From an uncultured Solirubrobacteraceae bacterium (GTDB lineage: Bacteria > Actinomycetota > Thermoleophilia > Solirubrobacterales > Solirubrobacteraceae), in contig CAWEJY010000010.1 of the NCBI GenBank assembly GCA_963809525.1, positions 90,180-154,179 on the forward strand: 64,000 bases of DNA, given 5' to 3'. This document shows, piece by piece, positions 18,809-27,192 of the stretch (positions within the stretch are counted from its first letter, which is position 1; every line of letters starts with the position of its first letter). The translations under genes were made by a program, and so were the position numbers. The notes under the pieces were generated by a model, which worked only from the letters and a program-made list of their open reading frames with translations, ran no database searches and was not told the origin of the DNA.

Positions 18809-19737
18809 TCCGCATCCGCCTCGCCGGCGCCGCCCTCACCGCGGCGCTGGTGCTCGTCCCCGCCGCGTCCGCCTCCGCCGGCTCCTGCCTGAGCGTCGGC
18901 GTATACCAGGACAACCCGGCCAGCGGCCTGCCTGCGCTGAAGAAGCACGTGGGGCCCGGTGTCACGTCGATCTCCACCTACATGACCGCCGGCCGCCCAC
19001 TGGCCGGCTCGGTCATCGCGACGGCCAACCGCAGCCGCGCGCGCCTGCTCGTCACCTGGCAGCCGGACGCCGGGCGCAGTGGCTCCAAGCAGCCGGGCTA
19101 CCGGCTGAAGGCCATCGCCGCCGGGCGCTACGACAAGTCGCTGCGCGCGCTCGTGCACCAGCTGCGCGGCGTGCGCAAGGGCGCGGTGCTGCGGCCGATG
19201 CCCGAGATGAACACGCCGTGGTACCCCTGGTCGGGCGCGGTCAACGGCAACACGCCGGCCGACTACGCCAAGGCCTGGAAGCGAGTGCGCAAGGCCGTCC
19301 GCAGCGCTCCCGGTGGCACGAAGATCAAGCTGCTGTGGTCGCCGTACGCGCGCAGCATCCCGGACACCGGGATCAACGCGATCAGCTCGTACTTCCCCGG
19401 CGCCTCCCAGGTGGACCTCGTCGGCGCCAGCGGCTACAACTTCGGCGCCCGCCCGCCGCTGCTGTGGAGCGAGCCGGGCACGCTGTTCGCCTCGGCCTAT
19501 ACGACGATCGAGGCGCTCGCGCCCAAGCCGTTCTGGTTCGCCGAGACGGCATCCGCAGCCAACGGCGGGGACAAGGCCGGCTGGATCCGCACCCTCGCCA
19601 CGCTGCAGACGACGGCGATGCCCAAGCTGGCCGGTGTCGTCTGGTACGACGTCAAGGACCCATACGGCGACTTCCGCCTGCGTGGCACGCCGATCACGAG
19701 CGCGTTCCGCGCGCTGCTGAAGGGAGCATGCCGATGA
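18805..19737 (+). CDS. Secreted glycoside hydrolase family 26-like (beta-mannanase-type) protein
   Basis: GTG 18805 overlaps the upstream stop (GTGA). Signal peptide present. Acid/base context RPMPEMNTPWYPW and nucleophile context FWFAETAS resemble GH26. Confidence 0.65.
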   Translation: MIRIRLAGAALTAALVLVPAASASAGSCLSVGVYQDNPASGLPALKKHVGPGVTSISTYMTAGRPLAGSVIATANRSRARLLVTWQPDAGRSGSKQPGYRLKAIAAGRYDKSLRALVHQLRGVRKGAVLRPMPEMNTPWYPWSGAVNGNTPADYAKAWKRVRKAVRSAPGGTKIKLLWSPYARSIPDTGINAISSYFPGASQVDLVGASGYNFGARPPLLWSEPGTLFASAYTTIEALAPKPFWFAETASAANGGDKAGWIRTLATLQTTAMPKLAGVVWYDVKDPYGDFRLRGTPITSAFRALLKGACR

Positions 19738-21182
19738 GCCGCCTCGCCTACTCCGCGAACAAGCGCCGCAAGCGCAAGGCCAAGCAGGCGGCGGCAAAGC
19801 CGCGGCGCCACCGCCTCGTCCTGCCGCCCGCGCCGGCCGTCGAGACGAGCGTCGACCTCAGCTCGATGAGCCCGGCGATGGTCGACCGGCTGTTCTGGCG
19901 CGCGGGCTTCGGGCCCAGCCTGCAGGACCGCACCGCGTGGACCGGCAAGCCCGTCAAGGACGCCGTCGCGTGGCTGCTCGGCACGCCGGCCGGTGTCGGC
20001 GGGGTGCCCGGCACCAACGGCGGCAAGCCGCTGGACCCGACCGGCGACGACACGGACCTCGTACTCAGCTGGGTGGACCGGATGGTGCGCTCGACGAACC
20101 CGTTCGCCGAGCGGCTCGGGTTCTTCTGGCACCGCCACTTCGCCAACTCGCGCAACAGCGTCTCACCGCCGCAGCTGCTGATGCAGCAGAACGACCTGTT
20201 CCGCAAGTACGCGGACCTCGGCGCGAACCCGAACGCCTCGTTCGCCGACCTCGCCCACGAGGTGACGATCAACCCGTCGATGCTGCGCTATCTCACAGGC
20301 GAGTACAACGTCAAGGGCGCCCCGAACGAGAACTACGCGCGTGAGCTGATGGAGCTCTTCGGCCTCGGCGTCACCGGCCCCACGGGCGCGGCGAACTACA
20401 GCGAGGACGACGTCAAGCAGCTGGCGAAGGCGTTCTCCGGCTGGCAGATCAACGACACGAACCCGGACGCCGCGTCCAGCTACTTCACGCCCGACCGCTG
20501 GTACAACGGCCCGAAGATCGTCTTCGGCAAGTTCGGCAACTACAAGTACGCCGACGCCGTCGACCTCGTGCTCGCGCATCCCTCGCACCCCTCGTTCCTG
20601 ATGACGAAGCTCTGGAACGAGTTCGTCGCCGCACCGCCGGATGCCGCGACGCTCGCGAAGCTCACCGCGACGTACACCGGCAACGCGATGAAGCTCGGTC
20701 CGGTCCTCGCGCAGATCCTCACCGACCCCGCGCTGTTCGCGTCGCTGAACGAGCCGAACATGGTCAAGCCGCCGATCGTCTACGTCGTCGGCGCGATGCG
20801 CTCGCTCGCGGCCGCGGTCACGGACTCGACCGCCACCGACCACCTCGACGCGATGGGGCAGCTCCCGTACTTCCCGCCGACAGTCGCGGGCTGGGAGGGC
20901 GGCCTCTCGTGGCTCAACACGAACACGGCACTCGCGCGGTTCGGCTTCGTGTCGACCCTCCTCTCGAAGATGACCATCGACGACCTCCCCGGAGAGACCG
21001 CCTCCTCGGCCTACGACCGCGCCTACGCGGCCATCGGCCAGCCGTGGCTGGCACCGGGGACGCAGGCGGCGATCCACGACTTCGCCACGCGTGCGGGCTC
21101 CGGTACCTCGAAGCTCCGCAAGGAGCGCCAGCTCATGCTGCGCGCCCTCATGCTGGCCGGCCCCGACGCACAGGTGATGTGA
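19734..21182 (+). CDS. DUF1800 domain protein
   Basis: ATG 19734 overlaps the upstream stop (ATGA), with an agggag RBS 7 nt upstream. Hallmark segments FFWHRHFANS and NENYARELMELFGLGV...YSEDDVKQLAKAFSGW. Confidence 0.85.
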   Translation: MSRLAYSANKRRKRKAKQAAAKPRRHRLVLPPAPAVETSVDLSSMSPAMVDRLFWRAGFGPSLQDRTAWTGKPVKDAVAWLLGTPAGVGGVPGTNGGKPLDPTGDDTDLVLSWVDRMVRSTNPFAERLGFFWHRHFANSRNSVSPPQLLMQQNDLFRKYADLGANPNASFADLAHEVTINPSMLRYLTGEYNVKGAPNENYARELMELFGLGVTGPTGAANYSEDDVKQLAKAFSGWQINDTNPDAASSYFTPDRWYNGPKIVFGKFGNYKYADAVDLVLAHPSHPSFLMTKLWNEFVAAPPDAATLAKLTATYTGNAMKLGPVLAQILTDPALFASLNEPNMVKPPIVYVVGAMRSLAAAVTDSTATDHLDAMGQLPYFPPTVAGWEGGLSWLNTNTALARFGFVSTLLSKMTIDDLPGETASSAYDRAYAAIGQPWLAPGTQAAIHDFATRAGSGTSKLRKERQLMLRALMLAGPDAQVM

Positions 21183-22711
21183 TGACCGACACCCCTCGCA
21201 ACGGCGATCTCGACAAGGCCCCGGCGGGCGGAGCTGACGCGCACGCCGTGCGCTGCGCGGACTGCGCCCGCTCGGACAGCCTGGTCACCGACCTCGCGCC
21301 GACCTCGCGCCTGCCGATCCCGGCCGAGGCGCTGGCCGGCTTCCCGGACGGCGTTCCCCATGCGCGGCGCGGCGCCCGCGGCGTGGACCGCCGCACGTTC
21401 ATGCGCAACGGCCTGATCGGCATGGCGTCGGTCTACTCGGCCTCGCGCCTGGACTGGGGCTCGATCTGGGAGGCGGCGCTCGCCGAGGCGGCCGAGCCGA
21501 TGCAGAAGAGCATCGTCTGCATCTTCCTCAACGGCGGCAACGACGGCCTCAACGCGATCGTGCCGATGGTCTCCGACGAGTACACGGCCTACCAGGCGGC
21601 GCGCGCGAACATCGCGCGCGTGCAGGGTCCCTCGACGGGCACGCAGGTCGGCACCACCGTGATGCCCGGGACCGGCGGCACGCTGGCGTTCGCCAACCCG
21701 CTCGTGTCCGGCGCCGGGAACAACACGGACACCAAGGGCTTCGACACGCTCTACGGCGACGGCTCCGGCGGCGCGGGCTCCGATCTCGCCGTCTTCCCGG
21801 CGGCGGACTACACGCCCGCCAACCGCTCGCACTTCGAGAGCCGCGACTACTGGTTCGCCGGTGCGCTGCAGGAGCTGCAGACCGGCTGGCTCGGGCGCTG
21901 GCTCGACGCGTACGGCTCGCAGGCCAACCCGCTGCAGGCGGTCTCGCTGGACTCCTCGCTCTCCAAGCAGATCCGCTCGGCGAGCGCGCCGGTCTGCGCG
22001 ATCGAGAACCTCGGCGGCGCACGCTTCCAGGTGCCCGGCGTCACGACCGCCGACGCGAACGCCGAGGTCGGCAGGCTCGCGGCCGTCGCCGCCGGCGCGG
22101 GCAACGCCGGCCTGGGGCGCTCGCGCTCGATCTACGGGCTGACGGTCGACGTCTCCAACCGCCTCAGCGGCCTGGGCGCCGTCCAGCCGGGCACGGGGTA
22201 CCCGCCGAACACCGACCTCTCGCGCAAGCTCCAGCTCGCGGCGACCCTGCTCGGGGCCGGCCTGGGCACCCGGATCGTCACGATCGACTGGGGCTCGTTC
22301 GACACGCACGGCAGCCAGGTCACCTCGCAGGACCCGCAGCTCTCGGTCCTCTCGCGCGGCCTCGCCGCCTTCAAGGCCGACCTCGCCGCGCGCGGCATCG
22401 AGGACAAGGTCGTCACGATGGTCTTCTCGGAGTTCGGGCGGCGCATCGCCTCGAACGACTCCCAGGGCACCGATCACGGCGCCGGCGGGATGATGCTCGT
22501 CAGCGGGTCGGCGGTGCGCGGCGGCCTCACCGGCGAGCACCCGGGCGTGAAGGTCGACGATGACGGCGACCTCGTCGTGAAGACGGACTTCCGCAGCGTG
22601 TACCAGTCGCTGATCGGCGAGTGGCTCGGCGGCGACCCGGCAGCCGTGCTCCCGGGCGGCCCGTTCCCCGCGATCCACCGCTACGACGGCGGCTCCGCGC
22701 TGATGAAGTGA
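21182..22711 (+). CDS. DUF1501 domain protein (sulfatase/alkaline-phosphatase-like fold) with twin-arginine signal
   Basis: ATG shares one base with the upstream TGA. RRTFMRNGLIGMASV Tat motif. Hallmarks IFLNGGNDGLNAIVP, GSFDTHGSQ, SEFGRRIASNDSQGTDHGAGG. Confidence 0.85.
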   Translation: MTDTPRNGDLDKAPAGGADAHAVRCADCARSDSLVTDLAPTSRLPIPAEALAGFPDGVPHARRGARGVDRRTFMRNGLIGMASVYSASRLDWGSIWEAALAEAAEPMQKSIVCIFLNGGNDGLNAIVPMVSDEYTAYQAARANIARVQGPSTGTQVGTTVMPGTGGTLAFANPLVSGAGNNTDTKGFDTLYGDGSGGAGSDLAVFPAADYTPANRSHFESRDYWFAGALQELQTGWLGRWLDAYGSQANPLQAVSLDSSLSKQIRSASAPVCAIENLGGARFQVPGVTTADANAEVGRLAAVAAGAGNAGLGRSRSIYGLTVDVSNRLSGLGAVQPGTGYPPNTDLSRKLQLAATLLGAGLGTRIVTIDWGSFDTHGSQVTSQDPQLSVLSRGLAAFKADLAARGIEDKVVTMVFSEFGRRIASNDSQGTDHGAGGMMLVSGSAVRGGLTGEHPGVKVDDDGDLVVKTDFRSVYQSLIGEWLGGDPAAVLPGGPFPAIHRYDGGSALMK

Positions 22712-23109
22712 TGCGCGGGCGCGCATCGATCCTCGCCGTGGGGGCGCTCGCCGCGGTGCTCGCCGCCCCGGCGGCGCAGGCGCGCCGGCACCGGATCGTG
22801 CTCCCGGGCGAGGAGCTCACGCACGCGCTCACGGTCGACGAGAGCGAGTGGACGATGCGCGGGTCCAAGACGGTGGTCGCCGCGGGCGCGGTGCGCATCC
22901 GCGCCTACAACCGCGGGCAGGACGACCACAACGTGATGCTCTTCGAGCAGGACGGGACGCCGGACGTCATCTCGCTCAAGCCCGGCGAGGCGGGCACGAT
23001 CAACGCGCGCCTGCGCCCCGGGACCTACAAGCTCTTCTGCAGCCTCTTCGCCGGCACGCCCGAGTCCCACGAGGATCGCGGCATGCATCTGGTTCTCACA
23101 GTGCGCTGA
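22711..23109 (+). CDS. Small secreted cupredoxin-like protein
   Basis: ATG shares one base with the upstream TGA. Signal peptide MRGRASILAVGALAAVLAAPAAQA. Candidate Cu ligands are DDHNV ... FCSLFAGTPESHEDRGM. Confidence 0.6.
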   Translation: MRGRASILAVGALAAVLAAPAAQARRHRIVLPGEELTHALTVDESEWTMRGSKTVVAAGAVRIRAYNRGQDDHNVMLFEQDGTPDVISLKPGEAGTINARLRPGTYKLFCSLFAGTPESHEDRGMHLVLTVR

Positions 23110-24054
23110 GTGCCGCCGGCGGGCGCGGAGCGGTACAACGCCTCAGTGTGCGCGGACAGCCGACAGCCGCCGCCCCGGCGTCCCGCGGCGGCGCTCGCCC
23201 TGCCCGCCGTGCTCGCCCTGCCCGCGCTCTTCGTCGCGGGTTGCGGCGGTGCGGACGGTCCGCCGAAGGCGACCGCCGCGCCGGTGGCGCGCCCGGCGAT
23301 GAGCCCCACCGCTCGCGCCGCCGCGCGGCTTCGGCGCGCCCGCACCGTGGAGCGCCGCGCGCTGCGGCGGTTCGTGCGCTTGGGGCGCCCTGTCTACTGC
23401 GGGGGGATCCACCGCCCGTACGTCGCGCTCACGTTCGACGACGGCCCCGGGCGCTACACGCGTCTGGCGCTCAGGATCCTCGCCAGGTTCCACCGGCGGG
23501 CCACGTTCTTCCTGGTCGGCCGCAACCTCGCGCGGTTCCGCGCGCTCCTCGAGCGCGAGGCACACGCCGGCGCAGTCGGCGACCACACCTGGACGCACCC
23601 CTACCTCCCCGGGCTCCGGCCGTCGCAGATCCGCAGCGAGCTGGCGCGCACGCAGCGCGCGGTCAGGCGCGCGACGCATGCTCCCGTCGCGCTGTTCCGC
23701 CCACCGTACGGCGCACGCGACCGGTTCATCGACGCGACCGCCAGGCGCCTCGGGATGGCCGAGATCCTGTGGAACGTCGACAGCGCCGATTCGCTGGGCG
23801 CCGACTGGCGCGGCATCTGGCACAACGTCCGGGCGGGCCTGCACCCGGGGGCGATCGTGCTGATGCACGACGACCGCGGCCAGACGATGCGCGCGCTGCG
23901 GTTCAGGATCCTGCCCTACCTGCGGCGGCGCCACCTGCATCTCGTGACGGTGCCGCAGCTGCTCGCGCTCGACCCGCCGACGCCCGCCCAGCTGCGCGCC
24001 GGGCCGCGCGGCTGCCGCGGGATCAGCGGCGGGAGGCTCGTCGGGACGTCCTGA
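23110..24054 (+). CDS. Polysaccharide deacetylase (CE4 / NodB domain), probable lipoprotein
   Basis: GTG directly after the upstream TGA (alternative GTG 23146). Lipobox LFVAGC. NodB motifs TFDDGP, HTWTHP, RPPYG, LMHDD. Confidence 0.85.
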   Translation: MPPAGAERYNASVCADSRQPPPRRPAAALALPAVLALPALFVAGCGGADGPPKATAAPVARPAMSPTARAAARLRRARTVERRALRRFVRLGRPVYCGGIHRPYVALTFDDGPGRYTRLALRILARFHRRATFFLVGRNLARFRALLEREAHAGAVGDHTWTHPYLPGLRPSQIRSELARTQRAVRRATHAPVALFRPPYGARDRFIDATARRLGMAEILWNVDSADSLGADWRGIWHNVRAGLHPGAIVLMHDDRGQTMRALRFRILPYLRRRHLHLVTVPQLLALDPPTPAQLRAGPRGCRGISGGRLVGTS

Positions 24055-25063
24055 GGAACCGCGCGACGTCGGCCGCGTCCCGCTCGAGAGCCGCGCTCGT
24101 CGCGGCGTCGAGCGGGGCGAACGCGTCGAGCACGACCGCCCCCCGGGGCATCGTCCAGGTCGCGACGGCGCGACCGCCCGCGAGCGCGATCGGCCGGAAG
24201 ATCCCATTGCTCGTGACGACGTCCTGACGGTCGCCGAGCACGTCCTCACGCGAGACCCATCCGTGCAGCAGCGGGTCGAACGGGCCGAGCAGCCGCGGCG
24301 GCGGGAGCGCCGGCCGGCGCGTCGGGCGCCCGGCGAGGTCGACGAGCGCGCCGCCCCGGTCGACCAGCTCCGCTGCGATCGCGCCGAGGCCCGCGCGCGC
24401 GTCGCGCAGCCCGATGCCGGCCCACCTGGCCAGGTCGCGCTCGCCGGCGGGGCCGTGGCCGGCGAGGTAGCGTCGCGCCAGCTCGGCGAGCGCGCGAGTG
24501 CGGTCGACCCTCGGCCGGTGCCCGAGCCAGTCGTCGACCAGGACGTACGCCTGATCGTCATCGATCACCGGCCCGCGCACCGCGCGCCCGCGCAGCGTCG
24601 CGAGCATCAGCACGTGCACGAGCGCCTGGCCTGCGGTCGGCACACGGGCTAGATCGAGTCGCTCGCGCAGTGCAGCGCGCGTCAGGGGGCCGTCCGCGGC
24701 CAGCGCCCGCTCGATCGTCGCCACGCCGCGCTCGGCGGCGGCCGGGCTCACCCCCTCCTGGGCCAGGCGGCGCGCGTTGCCGCGCACGAGCGGCGGCGTC
24801 GTCAGCGCGTGCATCCACGGGTAGTCCTCGCTGCCCACGAGGTGGAGCGTCCCGCGGTTGAGCCACGTGACCACCAGCGAGCGCTCGCCGGTCAGCGCGC
24901 GGTCGACATCGGCCGCCGTCAGCCCGCGGCTGCGCGCGCGCACCGCCAGGCGCGCGCCGCGCGGATCCTGGGCCTGGATGGCGAGCAGGCGCTCGGCGAC
25001 CGCCTCGGCGCTGCGCGCCGGCGTGCCGGAGAGCAATTGGGCCCGGAGCCGGGCGGCGATCAT
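24023..25063 (-). CDS. Winged-helix DNA glycosylase family protein (AlkZ/YcaQ, HTH_42/DUF1006)
   Basis: Start set at ATG 25063 (MIAARLRAQLL). Segments LLAIQAQDPRGA, VVTWLNRGTLHLV and LLGPFDPLLHGW are typical of the family. The remainder of the 773-aa ORF is antisense to the next gene. Confidence 0.75.
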   Translation of the reverse strand: MIAARLRAQLLSGTPARSAEAVAERLLAIQAQDPRGARLAVRARSRGLTAADVDRALTGERSLVVTWLNRGTLHLVGSEDYPWMHALTTPPLVRGNARRLAQEGVSPAAAERGVATIERALAADGPLTRAALRERLDLARVPTAGQALVHVLMLATLRGRAVRGPVIDDDQAYVLVDDWLGHRPRVDRTRALAELARRYLAGHGPAGERDLARWAGIGLRDARAGLGAIAAELVDRGGALVDLAGRPTRRPALPPPRLLGPFDPLLHGWVSREDVLGDRQDVVTSNGIFRPIALAGGRAVATWTMPRGAVVLDAFAPLDAATSAALERDAADVARFLRTSRRASRR

Positions 25064-25105
25064 CGGTGCATGATCGCGCCCCCGCGCCCCGCGCGGGTGG
25101 CGCAC

Positions 25106-25135
25106 TTGCACTCCGGGCTGCGCGCAGCATAGGGT
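25106..25135 (+). promoter_or_regulatory. Candidate sigma-70-type promoter for the copper operon
   Basis: TTGCAC (25106-25111), 18-nt spacer, TAGGGT (25130-25135, fits TAnnnT). A gggaggg RBS precedes ATG 25187. Confidence 0.35.
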
Positions 25136-25186
25136 CGCTTCACCTCGCGCGCCCAGGTCGCGCGCGAACGACCACGGGAGGGATTC

Positions 25187-26266
25187 ATGCATCGGACCAG
25201 CAGGTCGTGGATCACGGCGTGCGTGACGACGGCAATCGCAGTGCTCGCCATTCCGGTGGCCGCGCAGGCGGCCACGAAGACGGTGTCGCTGGGAACCACT
25301 GCGGCGGCGCAGAAGGCGCTGCAGAAGTACGGCGCCGACTCCAACGACTTCTTCCCCCACGGGATCACGATCCATGTGGGAGACAGTGTGAAGTTCCAAC
25401 CGTCGGGCTTCCACACGGTGGACCTCCCCAAGAAGGGCGGGACCTTCCTGCCGGTGTTCACCCCCAACGGCAAGGTCAGCGGCTCCGCGGACGCCGCCGG
25501 GGCCCCGTTCTGGTTCAACGGCCAGGACGCGCTCGGGTTCAACCCGGCGCTGATTCCCGGGCTCTACGGCAAGAAGGTGACCTACGATGGCAGCAAGACC
25601 ATCGAGAGCGGCCTTCCCCTCGCGAACAAGCCCAAGCCGATCCTCGTCACCTTCAGGAAGACGGGGAAGTTCACCTACTACTGCGACGTGCACCCCGGGA
25701 TGAAGGGCGTCGTGACCGTCAAGGCCAAGGGCGCGAAGATCCCGACCGCCGCGCAGGACAAGGCGGCGCTCAAGGCGCAGGTCGCGAAGGTGGTCAAGAT
25801 CGCCAAGGCGCTGGTGAAGTCGACCCCGCCGGCGAACACCGTGAGCGTGGGCGCAGCGGGCGCGAGCGGCGTCGAGGCGTTCACGTTCTTCCCGTCGACG
25901 CTCACCGTCGCGGCGGGCACCACCGTGACGTTCACGATGTCGGCGAAGTCGCTCGAGGTCCACACCGCGACGACCGGTCCGGGTGACCCGGAGAAGGATC
26001 CGACCTCGTACCTCGGCAAGATCGCCGCGTCGCTGAACTCGCCGTCCCTCGACCCGGCAGCCGTCTACCCGAGCGACGTCCCGCCGGCGCCCGCGGCCCT
26101 GACGCCGACCCTGCACGGGAACGGCTTCTGGAGCTCGGGCGCCCTGGACACCGTCTCGGCCTCGCCACAGCCGACATCCAACCGCGTGACGTTCGCCGCC
26201 GCGGGGACCTACCAGTTCTATTGCATGATCCACCCGTTCATGCACGGCACCGTCGTCGTGCAGTGA
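25187..26266 (+). CDS. Secreted blue-copper protein with two plastocyanin-like (cupredoxin) domains
   Basis: Signal peptide present. Two type-1 Cu ligand sets: FHTV...YYCDVHPGM and EVHTA...FYCMIHPFM. Confidence 0.8.
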   Translation: MHRTSRSWITACVTTAIAVLAIPVAAQAATKTVSLGTTAAAQKALQKYGADSNDFFPHGITIHVGDSVKFQPSGFHTVDLPKKGGTFLPVFTPNGKVSGSADAAGAPFWFNGQDALGFNPALIPGLYGKKVTYDGSKTIESGLPLANKPKPILVTFRKTGKFTYYCDVHPGMKGVVTVKAKGAKIPTAAQDKAALKAQVAKVVKIAKALVKSTPPANTVSVGAAGASGVEAFTFFPSTLTVAAGTTVTFTMSAKSLEVHTATTGPGDPEKDPTSYLGKIAASLNSPSLDPAAVYPSDVPPAPAALTPTLHGNGFWSSGALDTVSASPQPTSNRVTFAAAGTYQFYCMIHPFMHGTVVVQ

Positions 26267-27192
26267 CCGTCCGGGCCACGCTCGTGGCCCTGCTCGCCGC
26301 GGGGGCGGCGGCCTGGTCCGCCGCCCCCGCGGACGCGCAGACACGCGACTACTGGGTCGCCGCCGTTCCGATCGACTGGAACATGGTCCCCAACGAGCGC
26401 GACGCGCTCGGCGGGACGACGTTCACCCCTGCCGAGACGGTCCTGCCGACGGTCGTCTACCGGCGCTTCAGCCCGGGCTGGATGCACCCCGAGCGCAACG
26501 CCACGCTCGACGGCGGCAACCAGGACCTCATCCCCGGCCCGCTGCTGCGCGCTCGCGCGGGCGACCGCATCCGCGTCCACTTCAAGAACCTCGACAGCGC
26601 GTTCCGGCGCCCGCACTCGATGCACTTCCACGGCGTCCACTACCGCCCGAGCTCCGACGGCGCCTACCTGCCGGGGTTCTCCGGCAGGGATGCCGACGTC
26701 GCCTACGGGAAGACGTGGACCTACCGGCTCACCGCGGGGCGCGACTCCGTCGGCGTCTGGCCCTACCACGACCACTCGCCCTCGATGGACGCCTCGATCG
26801 CAGGCGGGATGTACGGGATGCTCTCGATCCTCGGGCGCCACGACCCGATGCCCGACCGCGAGTTCGAAGTCGTGTTCGCCGCGATGGGCCCCTTCCAGAC
26901 GATCGACGGGCGGGCATTCGTCGGCGACACCCCCGTCTTCCGCTCGACGGTCGGCCAGCTCGTGCAGTGGGACGTCATGGCGATGGGCTCCGAGCACCAC
27001 ACCTTCCACGTCCACGGCCACCGCTGGATCGCCGCGGGCGGCGTGCCGCGCGACACGCAGTCGATCGGCCCCGCCGAGACCTACCGGATCCGCTGGCGCG
27101 AGGAGAGCCCCGGCACCTGGCTGTACCACTGCCACGTCGAGAGTCACATGAACGCCGGCATGATCGGGATCTACCGGGTGAAGCGCCGGTGA
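26263..27192 (+). CDS. Two-domain multicopper oxidase (small-laccase-like)
   Basis: GTG 26263 overlaps the upstream stop (GTGA). Signal peptide present. All four MCO motifs are present: HSMHFHG, WPYHDH, HTFHVHGH, HCHVESHMNAGM. Confidence 0.85.
   Translation: MTVRATLVALLAAGAAAWSAAPADAQTRDYWVAAVPIDWNMVPNERDALGGTTFTPAETVLPTVVYRRFSPGWMHPERNATLDGGNQDLIPGPLLRARAGDRIRVHFKNLDSAFRRPHSMHFHGVHYRPSSDGAYLPGFSGRDADVAYGKTWTYRLTAGRDSVGVWPYHDHSPSMDASIAGGMYGMLSILGRHDPMPDREFEVVFAAMGPFQTIDGRAFVGDTPVFRSTVGQLVQWDVMAMGSEHHTFHVHGHRWIAAGGVPRDTQSIGPAETYRIRWREESPGTWLYHCHVESHMNAGMIGIYRVKRR

Noticed and set aside
24023-26344. 773-aa ORF extending the AlkZ-like gene far upstream.
   Set aside because: The N-terminal 427 aa are antisense to the double-cupredoxin gene and are low complexity. 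A proper ATG (25063) with the family's N-terminus (MIAARLRAQLL) gives a standard ~346-aa protein.
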